A stretch of DNA of 64,000 nt from Fibrobacteria bacterium (lineage in GTDB: Bacteria; Fibrobacterota; Fibrobacteria; UBA11236). The DNA is taken from contig JAYTSD010000017.1 in NCBI GenBank assembly GCA_043745805.1, forward strand, positions 128,001 to 192,000. Direction: 5' to 3'. The translations under genes were made by a program, and so were the position numbers. Each line of letters begins with the position of its first letter. The first letter of the stretch is position 1. Positions 9,785 through 19,907 of this stretch are shown here, piece by piece. Under the pieces are notes generated by a model. That model ran no database searches. It was not told the DNA's origin and was given only the letters and a program-made list of their open reading frames with translations.

Positions 9785-10663
9785 ATGACATTGCTTGAAT
9801 TGGTGGGGAATACACCCATGGTAGAATTGGTGCATATCAACCCAAACCCCAAGGTGAAAATTTATGCAAAGTTAGAAGGGCAAAATCCAGGCGGCTCTGT
9901 CAAAGATCGCCCAGCTCGCTCGATGATTTTAAAAGCAGAAGCGCGTGGCGAATTACGCAAGGGCATGAAATTAATTGAACCCACTAGTGGAAATACTGGA
10001 ATCGCTTTAGCTATGATAGCTTCGATGGCGGGTTATGAAATGCATCTGGTAATGCCTGAGAGCGCCACTCCTGAACGCGTACGTACCATGAAGGCTTATG
10101 GAGCTGTTGTGCATTTAACCTCGGCAGAACAGGGCATGGAAGGCACCATTGATTATGCACGTGCCAAGGTAGCCGAAGGCGGCTTTGTAATGCTCGATCA
10201 ATTTTCCAATCCCGATAATCCTGCCTCTCATTATGAAACTACTGGCCCTGAAATTTGGCGCGATACCGAGGGTAAAGTTACGCATTTTGTTTCGAGCATG
10301 GGCACCACAGGAACCATTATGGGTGTGTCGCGATTCTTGAAAGAAAAAAATTCCAAAATTGAAATTGTGGGGGCTCAACCTACCGATGGCTCTTGCATAC
10401 CAGGCATTCGTCGTTGGCCAATAGAATATTTGCCCAAAATTTATGAAGCTTCGCGTGTCGATACCATTATGGATGTGAGCCAAGCCCAAGCTGAAAAAGT
10501 AACCGTGGATTTAAGCCGACGCGAAGGTTTATTTTCCGGTATATCCTCGGGAGGGGCTGTGCATTGTGCTTTAGAGTTAGCCAAAAAATTAGAAGGCGGA
10601 GTGATTGTCGTCATTATTTGCGATCGCGGGGATCGCTATTTATCGAGCGCGGTATTTGCTTAA
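9785..10663 (+). CDS. cysM: Cysteine synthase B
   Basis: NPGGSVKDR, EPTSGNTG, SSMGTTGT, IPGIRRWP, CDRGDRYLS. Confidence 0.93.
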   Translation: MTLLELVGNTPMVELVHINPNPKVKIYAKLEGQNPGGSVKDRPARSMILKAEARGELRKGMKLIEPTSGNTGIALAMIASMAGYEMHLVMPESATPERVRTMKAYGAVVHLTSAEQGMEGTIDYARAKVAEGGFVMLDQFSNPDNPASHYETTGPEIWRDTEGKVTHFVSSMGTTGTIMGVSRFLKEKNSKIEIVGAQPTDGSCIPGIRRWPIEYLPKIYEASRVDTIMDVSQAQAEKVTVDLSRREGLFSGISSGGAVHCALELAKKLEGGVIVVIICDRGDRYLSSAVFA

Positions 10664-11482
10664 TGTGCTAAACATCGTGTGAAAAGCTTGGAATTGTTGA
10701 TCAATAACGAGTTTACAAAATTCATATCCATGATTGGCTTCCACTTCATTATAGGTAAAAGGAATTTTTGCTTTCCCTAATTCCATTTTAAGACGTTGAT
10801 GTTGTGCATAAGTAAAATCTTGTTTACCCACACTAAGCACTAAAACTTTTTCCTGTCCTTTAAGTTTTGCTAATAAATTTGCGAAATTATTTTTCTTCCA
10901 ATTTTGTTTTTGTTGGGAGTATAAACCTAAGGCTTGCTTTAACTCCCATTGATCTTTAAAGTCCGTTAAATCAAGAATGCCGGCCATTGAACCTGCCGCA
11001 CCATAAAGATTTAAATGTTTACATAAAAGAGTAAACGCACCGTGGCCTCCCATGCTGAAGCCCGCTATGGCGCGGCCTTGCGGTGTTTTAATGGTTTTAT
11101 ACGCACTATCCACAAAATGCAATAATTCACTCGTGATAAAACTTTCATATTGATTTTTTTTATTAAGGGAACTATTGATATACCATGAATTAAAACCTCC
11201 ATCGGGGGTAACAATTATACAATGATAGGTATTTGCATATTGCTGTAATTGAATCACCCTAGACCATGTGGTAAAATCTCCCGAATAGCCATGCAATAAA
11301 TAAACTACTGGCCAAGTGTTCGCACTATCTTCAGCATTTTTACAAAATGGCAAAGCAATACGCACGGGAATATACTTATGCATACTTTGGCTATAAATCT
11401 CATAATCCACTATATCGGCATAAAGTTTTGGGGATAAGAAAATAGACGAGAGAAAACTCAAAGTGAAAAGCAAAAATTTCAT
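10640..11482 (-). CDS. Secreted alpha/beta-hydrolase esterase family protein
   Basis: Signal peptide, PVVYLLHG, GFSMGG nucleophile elbow, C-terminal H. Confidence 0.85.
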   Translation of the reverse strand: MKFLLFTLSFLSSIFLSPKLYADIVDYEIYSQSMHKYIPVRIALPFCKNAEDSANTWPVVYLLHGYSGDFTTWSRVIQLQQYANTYHCIIVTPDGGFNSWYINSSLNKKNQYESFITSELLHFVDSAYKTIKTPQGRAIAGFSMGGHGAFTLLCKHLNLYGAAGSMAGILDLTDFKDQWELKQALGLYSQQKQNWKKNNFANLLAKLKGQEKVLVLSVGKQDFTYAQHQRLKMELGKAKIPFTYNEVEANHGYEFCKLVIDQQFQAFHTMFSTLSKYRAR

Positions 11483-11545
11483 GGACAAAAAATATCTTTT
11501 ATCGGCCAAGGCCTCAATGACTCATGACCTAACTATCTTTTAAAG

Positions 11546-11866
11546 ATGCAATGGTTAAATACAATTCCACATTGGATGCGCCATCATCTCGATGATATTG
11601 CCATCGGCTTAACCACTATGATTTTGGTGGTCAGTGGACCTTATATTAATGCGGCGACCAAAGGCTTAACGCGTAAACTGCATTGGCTTTTGCGATATAC
11701 TTTGTTCGTATTGCTTTCCACTTTAGGTTATGGCATACTCATGCATTTTCTCACCATCAATGCGCGGCATACCTTGCTTAATTTATCGGATTGGCAATTT
11801 GTGGGGGCAGTTGTCTTATTACATTTAGTCTTGGCCTGGTTGCTCAAGCGTGACAAAACGATATAA
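11546..11866 (+). CDS. Small 3-TM membrane protein, DUF3392-like
   Basis: Hydrophobic helices with G..IN and LR..LFV...GYG patterns. Confidence 0.6.
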   Translation: MQWLNTIPHWMRHHLDDIAIGLTTMILVVSGPYINAATKGLTRKLHWLLRYTLFVLLSTLGYGILMHFLTINARHTLLNLSDWQFVGAVVLLHLVLAWLLKRDKTI

Positions 11867-11950
11867 ATTTTGACTTAGTTTTCGGTTTAGGTTTTTTGCT
11901 TTTTCCTCAGCAAATAAAGAAAATATTTCCTTGTTTTTTGTTAAAAAATC

Positions 11951-11979
11951 TTGATTTCAAATTTTCAATCTTGTAATTT
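11951..11979 (+). promoter_or_regulatory. Putative sigma70 promoter for the Gld-like ABC operon
   Basis: TTGATT-17 bp-TAATTT, same -35 hexamer as upstream of rho. Confidence 0.35.
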
Positions 11980-12030
11980 ATGCTCAAATTTTTCACCCGG
12001 GTTTAACTTATTTAACCCTGAAAGGTGTTT

Positions 12031-12969
12031 ATGATCGATGTGATAGGCTTGTCCAAGCAATATGGCCAAGCATTGGCGGTGGACAATATTTCCTTCCATA
12101 TTAAAAAAGGGGAAGTAGTGGGCTTGCTCGGTCCTAATGGCGCAGGCAAAACTACCACCATGAAAATTTTAACTGGCTTTATTTCGGCAACTTCCGGAAA
12201 AGTGATGGTTAACGGATATGATACCTTTGATGATGGTTTTAAAGTTAAAGGCTACATTGGCTATTTACCCGAAAGTTGTCCGCTTTATCAAGATGTAGAT
12301 GTGAATCATTATTTGGCCTTTGTAGCCGAAGTTCGAGCTATTCCCAAAAGTCAAAGAAAAACTGCGGTTGATAAAGTGATTTCTGATTGTGATTTAGGTA
12401 AAGTTCGGAATAAATTAATCGGGCATTTAAGTAAAGGTTATCGCCAACGTGTAGGGCTTGCGCAAGCGCTTATTCATGATCCGGCCATTTTAATTTTAGA
12501 TGAACCCACTTCGGGTTTAGATCCGAATCAAATTCGGGATATTTTAAAATTAATCAATAATTTAGGAGCGGAAAAAACTGTAATTCATTCCACGCATATT
12601 TTATCCGAAGTGGAAGCAACTAGTGACAGAGTACTTATTATTAATAATGGGCAAATCGTGGCGCAAGGCACACCTAAAGAACTTATGGCACGCTCCGCTG
12701 GACCAACTTTGTTTATTACAGTAAAAGGGGAAAATGTGCAAGCCCAATTGGCAGAGCACTCTGCAGTACAACGATTGGAAAAGCTTGGAGAATTGGAGGA
12801 GGGCTATATGCGTTTTGCTCTCCATGGAAAAGATAGTGCCGATGAAAAAGCCTTAGCTACCAGCCTTTTTAAATTCGCGGTAGAAAAACAATGGATACTT
12901 TCGGAGTTACGTACAGAATCTGCTAAACTCGAAGATGTATTCGCCAAATTAACCCGAGGTCAAGCATGA
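12031..12969 (+). CDS. ABC transporter ATP-binding subunit, GldA-like
   Basis: GPNGAGKTT, LSKGYRQRVGLAQALIHDP, LDEPTSGLDP. Confidence 0.92.
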   Translation: MIDVIGLSKQYGQALAVDNISFHIKKGEVVGLLGPNGAGKTTTMKILTGFISATSGKVMVNGYDTFDDGFKVKGYIGYLPESCPLYQDVDVNHYLAFVAEVRAIPKSQRKTAVDKVISDCDLGKVRNKLIGHLSKGYRQRVGLAQALIHDPAILILDEPTSGLDPNQIRDILKLINNLGAEKTVIHSTHILSEVEATSDRVLIINNGQIVAQGTPKELMARSAGPTLFITVKGENVQAQLAEHSAVQRLEKLGELEEGYMRFALHGKDSADEKALATSLFKFAVEKQWILSELRTESAKLEDVFAKLTRGQA

Positions 12970-13688
12970 ACAATGTCTGCTCCATATTCAAAAAAGAATT
13001 ACGATCATATTTCTCATCGCCTATTGGCTTTGTTTTCATTATTTTCTTTCTCATTATCTCCAATGCCTTTTTCTTTTTCGTGCAAGATTTTTTCCGTGCG
13101 GGGCAAGTGAGCATGCGCGGTTATTTCATGGCCTTGCCTTGGATATTACTTTTCTTTGTGCCTGCGATAACCATGCGGTTATGGGCCGAAGAAAAAAAAA
13201 TGGGTACTATAGAACTATTATTAACCATGCCATTGCGCGAATCCGAAGTGGTTTTCGGAAAGTTTTTAGCTAGCCTGGCTTTTCTCACCCTTACTTTACT
13301 CTGTTCCATCACTATTCCCATTTCATTGCATTTCTTAGGTCGAGCGGATATGGGCGTGATTGTAGGCTCTTATATTGGCGCATTATTTTTAGGTTCGGCT
13401 TATTTAGCAATTGGATTATATATTAGCTCGATTACTGAAAATCAAGTGGTCGCTTTTATTATATCCCTAACGGTAATTTTTTTATTATTACTGATTGGGA
13501 TAGCACCAAGCTACTTAAACAGCTTAGGTTCACTCGTATCTGTCTGTGAATATTTAAGCCTCCTGAGTCACTTTAATAATATCACACGTGGTGTTATCGA
13601 CACACGGGATGTCATCTATTATTTATCCTTAGTGGTTTTATTTTTAACCCTAAATGTGCAAAACATCGAAGCCAGAAAGTGGAGATAA
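12966..13688 (+). CDS. ABC-2 permease, GldF-like
   Basis: PAITMRLWAEEKKMGTIELLLT, RGVIDTRD. ATGA overlap with the upstream gene. Confidence 0.9.
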   Translation: MNNVCSIFKKELRSYFSSPIGFVFIIFFLIISNAFFFFVQDFFRAGQVSMRGYFMALPWILLFFVPAITMRLWAEEKKMGTIELLLTMPLRESEVVFGKFLASLAFLTLTLLCSITIPISLHFLGRADMGVIVGSYIGALFLGSAYLAIGLYISSITENQVVAFIISLTVIFLLLLIGIAPSYLNSLGSLVSVCEYLSLLSHFNNITRGVIDTRDVIYYLSLVVLFLTLNVQNIEARKWR

Positions 13689-13690
13689 GC

Positions 13691-15310
13691 ATGTTTTCTA
13701 AAAACCAAAATTCCCGAACAAATTCTTATTTAATGATTTTTACTTTAGTGATTATACTCACCATTTTGGGTATTATTAGTGAACAATTTTTTCATAAACG
13801 CTTAGATCTAACTTCCAATAAACAGTTTACTTTAAGCAAAGCCTCGGTAAAAACTTTGGCGGGTTTACCTGATTTAATCACTATTAAAGCCGTAATGTCA
13901 AAAGACTTGCCTACACAATTCGCACAAATCCGTACGAATGTAGTGGATTTATTACATGAATTTGAAGCACAAAGTAATGGTAAGGTAAAATTAGTATTTG
14001 AAGATCCAGGTGAAAGTGAAAGTAAAAAACAAAGCGCCACGGCTTTGGGAATTCAAGAAGTGCAATTACAGGAACAAAGTTCAGAAGGCTTGCAAATTAA
14101 AAAAGGCTTTTTTGGATTAGCCTTACTTTATGGCGATAAAAAAGAAGTGATTCCAGTTCTCCAAAATTTAGAATCTTTTGAATATGATTTAATAGTAAAG
14201 CTTAAAAAATTAACGGGTAGCGTTAAGACCATTGGTATTGTGGAAGGAAGTGAAAAATTTTCCTTTACACTTTCGGGTCCTCAACCCAAAGTTACCACCG
14301 GTTTTGATGAAAATTATCCCACCGTTAAAGAAGAAGCTGGAAAGTTATATAAACTGGAAAAGCTGGATCTGGCTACCAATGAAATAGGGACTAATATTGA
14401 TTTACTTTTAGTTTTTGCTCCCAATCGATTAAGCGAAAAAGAAAAGTTTCGCATCGATCAATTTTTAATGAAAGGGAAATCTATTTTATTCCTTAGCCCA
14501 GGTGTGAATATTAACTTGGCCTCTGGCATTAGCGGCATGGCCAGTAATAATGGTTATGAAGATTTGTTGGCCGAATATGGCCTTGCAGTCAAAAAGAATA
14601 TCATTTTGGAAGATCGTAGTTATGAATTTGTGCGCTTTGGAAATTCTTTTTTTCCTACCCCTTATCCGCATTGGATCCGAACTGGAGCTAAAGGTTTAAA
14701 TTTAGAAAATCCTATTACTTCAAAATTAGGAAGTATTAGTTTGCCTTGGACTTCCGAAGTAGTTATTGATAGTAGTAAAAAAGGGAATGCTAAAATCGAA
14801 ATTCTTGCCTCGTCCACCAAGGGATCATGGGAAGAAGAAAATAGTTTTAATTTGTTACCCCGTGATTTAAAAGAGTATTTGCCCGTCAATCAAAAAGTAC
14901 ATGCCTTAGCCGTTTTAAAATCGGGTTCATTCAATTCCTATTATGCCAAACATCCTATTCCTTTCGATAGCACACATCCCATAGATCCAAATACGGTATT
15001 GAAGTCCACACAGGGCGATGCGCGAGTGCTTGTCATTGGCAATGCTTTGTTTGCCACAGATTTTTATGCAGGCCTCACGCAAGCTGTTGCTAATTTGCAT
15101 TTTATTTTAAATAGTTTTGATCACCTGGCCTTAGATCCTGATTTGATCAGTATTCGCAGCCGCGAATTTAATAATGTGCCTATTTTGGACGAAAAGAAAA
15201 ATTTAAAATTACCGATTCTATTGATTGATTTTTTATTGGCTCCGATAGTATTACTGATTATTGGCGTTACCATAGGTATTCGTCGCAAAAGCAAGGAATC
15301 CTTATCATGA
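13691..15310 (+). CDS. GldG-family ABC auxiliary protein
   Basis: RLDLTSNKQFTLS, IDQFLMKGK, LISIRSR, N- and C-terminal TMs. GGAG RBS before ATG 13691. Confidence 0.88.
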   Translation: MFSKNQNSRTNSYLMIFTLVIILTILGIISEQFFHKRLDLTSNKQFTLSKASVKTLAGLPDLITIKAVMSKDLPTQFAQIRTNVVDLLHEFEAQSNGKVKLVFEDPGESESKKQSATALGIQEVQLQEQSSEGLQIKKGFFGLALLYGDKKEVIPVLQNLESFEYDLIVKLKKLTGSVKTIGIVEGSEKFSFTLSGPQPKVTTGFDENYPTVKEEAGKLYKLEKLDLATNEIGTNIDLLLVFAPNRLSEKEKFRIDQFLMKGKSILFLSPGVNINLASGISGMASNNGYEDLLAEYGLAVKKNIILEDRSYEFVRFGNSFFPTPYPHWIRTGAKGLNLENPITSKLGSISLPWTSEVVIDSSKKGNAKIEILASSTKGSWEEENSFNLLPRDLKEYLPVNQKVHALAVLKSGSFNSYYAKHPIPFDSTHPIDPNTVLKSTQGDARVLVIGNALFATDFYAGLTQAVANLHFILNSFDHLALDPDLISIRSREFNNVPILDEKKNLKLPILLIDFLLAPIVLLIIGVTIGIRRKSKESLS

Positions 15311-16323
15311 AAAAAACTTTAATCGTACTTGCTGCAGCTATTGCTGTTTTAGTTTTAATTCTCTTTAAAAATAAGCATGATGAAAAAACCTCTTCAGCGG
15401 ATGTTTTTGCTTTTGATAGCACGCAAAAAGCTACCGTAAAAAGTTTTAAAGTGTGTAAAAATGCCGATACTTCTGAGTTACAGTTAAAGGATGGAAAATG
15501 GGTGGTGACACCCAATGATTTCCCCGCTGATACAGCGAAAGTAAATAAAGTTTTAAAAGTTTTATTCGCCTTACAGAATAAAGAAATCGTGTCGCAAAAC
15601 CCTGAGAGGCTTAAGGAATATGGCTTGGATGCTTCTGAAGCTAAAAATATTTCTGTGCAATCCGTCGACGGTAAAAAACTTGTGGATGCATGGATAGGAA
15701 AAACCTCGGGAGCGGATTATAATTCCACTTATTGGAAAATGCCTAATCAAAAAGAAGTGTTTCGTACTCCAGGAAATTTCACTTGGGAAATATTGGCCAA
15801 GGCCGACGAATGGAAAGATCGTAAACTATTTTCCGCAACACTGTCTAAAGAAGTGAAATCTTTGGAGGTTACTTGGCGTGATAGTACGGATTCTGTATTT
15901 ACTTATCATGTAGTTAATGAAAATGACAGCAATTGGAAAATGACCGCTCCGGTAGAAACCAAGGTGGTTAAGCAAGCGGTAACCGAATTAATTAATCGCT
16001 TTGCAGAGTTTAGTGTTGATGAATTTATAGCTACCAATGATACAAATTTAAGCAAAGTGGATTTACAAAATCCTCGCATACAAATTCAAGTTGGTTTAAA
16101 AAATGGAAACACTATCGTGCTTAAAGCGGGCAAAACGTTTAATTTTTATACTTATGCCCAACATCCAAGTCGTTCGGATCTAATTAAGTTTTCCAGCTGG
16201 CGTTTTGAAGGTTTTAAAAAGCGTCCTTATGAATTGCAGGTATTGTCGCATGAAGACAGCCTAGCTTTGAAGTTAGATAAGAAATTAATGCCCGTGCCAA
16301 TGCCGAAAGCGATGAAGAGGTAA
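15307..16323 (+). CDS. DUF4340-like periplasmic protein
   Basis: N-terminal TM, EYGLD, IGK, WKDRKLF. Usual fourth gene of GldAFG-like modules. Confidence 0.8.
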   Translation: MKKTLIVLAAAIAVLVLILFKNKHDEKTSSADVFAFDSTQKATVKSFKVCKNADTSELQLKDGKWVVTPNDFPADTAKVNKVLKVLFALQNKEIVSQNPERLKEYGLDASEAKNISVQSVDGKKLVDAWIGKTSGADYNSTYWKMPNQKEVFRTPGNFTWEILAKADEWKDRKLFSATLSKEVKSLEVTWRDSTDSVFTYHVVNENDSNWKMTAPVETKVVKQAVTELINRFAEFSVDEFIATNDTNLSKVDLQNPRIQIQVGLKNGNTIVLKAGKTFNFYTYAQHPSRSDLIKFSSWRFEGFKKRPYELQVLSHEDSLALKLDKKLMPVPMPKAMKR

Positions 16324-16339
16324 ATTTTAGGGTTTTGCT

Positions 16340-16990
16340 TTAAAAATCCAAACACTCTTCCTGCAATTTAATCTCCGCTTTGATCCAATCCTCCAAAGCG
16401 GCGGTATCAACCGTTGATCCACTTAACGCGTCCACACAAGTCAAAAACTCCCGATGCCCTCGCTGGCCCCTATATTCGGGCTCTCGTGAAGGATGGCCCA
16501 AATATTTTTCGATTTCCGAAATATTATCCCGCACCAAAACCGAAGCCAAATACAAAGCAAAACCTTTGGGCATATATAGCGAGCAACCTAAAATCTTTTT
16601 TCCACGAAAACTCAGATCCGAAATGCCGGAGGCTTCCGCTTCAATCTTTAAATTTTTCTGCAAGGCCTCGCGAATAATTCCTGAACCCGTTTTAAAATAA
16701 TCGGGAATATGCCAAGCCTTATCTTTTTTAAAACGCAAGGCTACACAAATGCAAGCAGGGGAGAGTAGTACCGCTCCGCCGCCGCCATGTCTTTTATAAA
16801 TCGGAATATTATCGCTTAAACAGGCCTCTACATTAATTTCAGTTTCCGCAACTTGGGAGTTACCTAAGACAATAACTTTTTTTTGAGGAATCCAAATTTT
16901 ATAGGGAAGGTTTTCGTGATTTAATAAAGTTTCGCCAGTAACTTCCAAATCCCCTTGGGCATCGGTATAATGCAAAGGGGAAATAGTCAC
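16340..16990 (-). CDS. Lipoate-protein ligase A family (catalytic domain only)
   Basis: KRHGGGGAV, DL..GKKILG, P.REPEYR..R.H.EF. Last gene of the PDH operon. Confidence 0.85.
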   Translation of the reverse strand: MTISPLHYTDAQGDLEVTGETLLNHENLPYKIWIPQKKVIVLGNSQVAETEINVEACLSDNIPIYKRHGGGGAVLLSPACICVALRFKKDKAWHIPDYFKTGSGIIREALQKNLKIEAEASGISDLSFRGKKILGCSLYMPKGFALYLASVLVRDNISEIEKYLGHPSREPEYRGQRGHREFLTCVDALSGSTVDTAALEDWIKAEIKLQEECLDF

Positions 16991-17009
16991 AGAATTAGAA
17001 ATTCGAAAA

Positions 17010-18413
17010 TTAAATATGAACGGATAGGCCTTGCGAATCCATCGCGGCTTCCATGACCGCTTCGCTCAAGGTTGGATGCGCATGAATAGTATGCATAATT
17101 TCGGAATAAGTACTTTCCAATTTCATGGCTAAACCTAATTCGGCAAGCATTTCTGTCGCTTCGGTGCCGATGATATGTGCGCCAATAAGTTCGCCATATT
17201 TCGCGCCAAAAATTAATTTCACCATGCCTTCGGTATGTCCAATAGCACGAGCTTTGCCACTGGCCATAAAAGGAAAGCGACCAATTTTCACGGCGATATT
17301 TTTTTCCTTACAAGCCTTTTCGGTTAAGCCAATCGACGCCACTTGTGGCTGACAATAAGTAGCTCCAGGAATTTGGCCATAATTCAGGCCATGCTTGGCA
17401 GTGCCTAAAATTTTTGCGACAGCTGTTTCACCTTCTGCCGAAGCTTTATGCGCCAATAACTGTTTACCAGCGCAATCGCCTATTGCAAAAATGCCTTTGA
17501 TATTGGTTTCTTGGAATTCATCCACTTGAATAAATCCGCGTGTATCGAGTTTCACACCAGCTTGTTCTAAACCTAAATCTTTAGTGTTAGGTGCTATACC
17601 CACAGCCACTAAAACTTTATCTACTTCAATTGGAGTAGCTTTTTTAGCTGCATCTACCAATTTGGCAGAAATTTGTCCGGGTTTAATTACTTTCACATCT
17701 TCCACCGCGGTGGTGAGATAACAATTAATGCCTTGCTTTTTAAATGAGCTTAATAAAGCTTTGGAAATTTCTTCATCTTCCACAGGTAACAATTGGGGTA
17801 ACATTTCTACTAAATGTACTTCGCTGCCCAAACTATTGAAAAAGTATGCGAATTCCACACCGATAGCACCAGCGCCTACAATTAAAATTTTCTTAGGTTG
17901 TTCTTTGCTTTCTAAAGCATGGCGATAGGTGATAAGGTTTTGTCCGTCGATAGGGAATTGCGGAAAGCTACGTGCTGCACCACCCGTGGCGATAACAATA
18001 TTTGCCGCTTGTACATTACTTTTTTTACCATCAGCGGATGTTACTTCAATGAGACCTTTGGAGAGCAACTTAGCCATTCCGGCAATCACTTCAATTTTAT
18101 TTTTTTTCATCAAAAATTGCACGCCCGAACTATTCACTTTTGCCACGGAACGGGAACGATCCACTACTTTGTCATATTGTACGGTTACATTGTCGGCGGT
18201 TAAACCATACTCTTTTGCGTGTTTTAAATTATTGAATACTTCCGCGCTTTTCAATAAAGCTTTAGTCGGGATACATCCCCAATTCAAACAAATGCCGCCG
18301 AGTTCACTACGTTCTATAATCGCTACTTTTTTGCCAGCTTGCGCGCCTTTAATCGCGGCCACATAACCGCCAGGTCCACTGCCTATTACTACGATATCAA
18401 ATTGTTGACTCAA
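17010..18413 (-). CDS. lpdA: Dihydrolipoyl dehydrogenase (E3)
   Basis: GSGPGGY, GGICLNWGCIPTK, HAHPTLSE. TTG start with GGAG RBS. Confidence 0.97.
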   Translation of the reverse strand: MSQQFDIVVIGSGPGGYVAAIKGAQAGKKVAIIERSELGGICLNWGCIPTKALLKSAEVFNNLKHAKEYGLTADNVTVQYDKVVDRSRSVAKVNSSGVQFLMKKNKIEVIAGMAKLLSKGLIEVTSADGKKSNVQAANIVIATGGAARSFPQFPIDGQNLITYRHALESKEQPKKILIVGAGAIGVEFAYFFNSLGSEVHLVEMLPQLLPVEDEEISKALLSSFKKQGINCYLTTAVEDVKVIKPGQISAKLVDAAKKATPIEVDKVLVAVGIAPNTKDLGLEQAGVKLDTRGFIQVDEFQETNIKGIFAIGDCAGKQLLAHKASAEGETAVAKILGTAKHGLNYGQIPGATYCQPQVASIGLTEKACKEKNIAVKIGRFPFMASGKARAIGHTEGMVKLIFGAKYGELIGAHIIGTEATEMLAELGLAMKLESTYSEIMHTIHAHPTLSEAVMEAAMDSQGLSVHI

Positions 18414-18450
18414 GTTAACTCCAAATTTATTCGTGACGATATTTACAAAA

Positions 18451-18477
18451 AATAAAAAGGCTAATAAAAATAGCCTT
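18451..18477 (-). terminator. Weak intra-operon hairpin with U-rich tail between pdhC and lpdA
   Basis: AAGGCTA-7-TAGCCTT followed by a T-rich run on the minus strand. Confidence 0.4.
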
Positions 18478-18484
18478 AGTTTAA

Positions 18485-19777
18485 TTACAACATTAAGCTA
18501 ACTGGATTTTCCAAAATGGCTTTTAAGCCCATTAGGAACTTGGCTCCCAAAGCACCATCCACCGCGCGATGATCAGCACTTAAAGTCACATTCATATAAG
18601 AACGTTCTTTAATGGCCTCTCCATCTTTATACAATTCATTTTGAATACCACTTACTGCTAAAATGCCTACTTGCGGAGGATTTATGATAGCGGTGAAAGA
18701 ATCGACGCCAAACATGCCCATATTAGAAATAGTAAAAGTGCCGCCTTGATACTCTTCGGGAGATAATTTATTCGCTTTCGCTTTTTCCACTAAGTTTTTA
18801 ATATCCACGGAAATTTGTCCCAAACCTTTTTGATCTACATTGCGTACAATAGGAGTAATCAATCCACCATCTACGGACACTGCCACGCAAATATCAATGT
18901 TGGCATATTGACGAATATAATCGCCATGGAAAGTCGCATTCAATTCCGGATGTTGACGTAAGGCATAAGCGGTGGCTTTTATCACCAAATCATTTACACT
19001 CACTTTATAGCCGGGTGCTTTGTTTAGTTTGCCACGCAATTCTTGTAAAGCATCCATTTCAATTTTCATGGTCACATAGAAAGTAGGCATGCTTTGTGTC
19101 GATTCTAGTAATCGTTTCGCAATGACTTTACGCATCATGTTCATAGGAATATCAGTTGTAGGTAACACTGGTGCTAACGATCCATAATGCGGACGCGATA
19201 GAGGCGCTGCGGCTCCCTTACCTGCTGCTGGAGCGCCAACTGGAGCTTTGGGTTGAGCTAAATAATGATCGACATCTTGACGAATGATGCGGCCATGTGG
19301 GCCACTGCCAGTAATATTATTTAAGGCAACTTGAGATTCTTCCGCCACTTTGCGTGCTAGGGGAGAGGCTTTAATGCGAGAGTTCTCCACGGGTGCCACA
19401 ACAGGTTGAGCGGCCACGGCAATGGGTGCCGGAGTTGGTATTGATGCCGCAGCAGCTGCTACCGGTTTTGCACCGCCGCTTTTTATGGACTCATCTTTTT
19501 TTAAGGCCTTTTCTAAAAATGCCGAATAGTCTTCTTCTTTTTCATCAGTAAGAATACCTATCAATTGATTGACTTTACCTGCGGCGCCGCTAGGCAAAAT
19601 AATTTTACGTAAAAAGCCTTCGTCTAGACTTTCATAATCGACTGTGGTTTTATCGGTTTCCACACTGCATAACATGGTTCCAGGTTTAATGAAGTCGCCT
19701 TCTTTAACCAACCATTTTGCTAATACGCCTTCTTCCATAGTGGGGCTTAAACTTGGCAATAATAAACTTGTAGGCAT
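18485..19777 (-). CDS. pdhC: Pyruvate dehydrogenase E2 (dihydrolipoamide acetyltransferase)
   Basis: Lipoyl domain VETDKT, ASPLARK E3-binding domain, DHRAVDG. GGAG RBS before ATG 19777. Confidence 0.95.
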   Translation of the reverse strand: MPTSLLLPSLSPTMEEGVLAKWLVKEGDFIKPGTMLCSVETDKTTVDYESLDEGFLRKIILPSGAAGKVNQLIGILTDEKEEDYSAFLEKALKKDESIKSGGAKPVAAAAASIPTPAPIAVAAQPVVAPVENSRIKASPLARKVAEESQVALNNITGSGPHGRIIRQDVDHYLAQPKAPVGAPAAGKGAAAPLSRPHYGSLAPVLPTTDIPMNMMRKVIAKRLLESTQSMPTFYVTMKIEMDALQELRGKLNKAPGYKVSVNDLVIKATAYALRQHPELNATFHGDYIRQYANIDICVAVSVDGGLITPIVRNVDQKGLGQISVDIKNLVEKAKANKLSPEEYQGGTFTISNMGMFGVDSFTAIINPPQVGILAVSGIQNELYKDGEAIKERSYMNVTLSADHRAVDGALGAKFLMGLKAILENPVSLML

Positions 19778-19868
19778 TGTCACTCCAATTTTGATGAGTA
19801 AATATTTAAGAAATTAGAATTTTAAAATTGCCGCCATAATTGCGGCATGAAAGAAATAAGATTAAGAC

Positions 19869-19898
19869 AAAAAATGTGTAATCTATCGGTTACACATT
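19869..19898 (-). terminator. Intra-operon hairpin between pdhB and pdhC
   Basis: AATGTGTAA-8-TTACACATT plus T run on the minus strand. A second stem TGCCGC/GCGGCA lies at 19829-19847. Confidence 0.45.
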
Positions 19899-19907
19899 AG
19901 TTACCTA

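Noticed and set aside
12031-16323. GldAFG-like module as evidence of gliding motility
   Set aside because: The GldA/F/G + DUF4340 module is widespread in non-gliding bacteria, and no motor genes are in the window.
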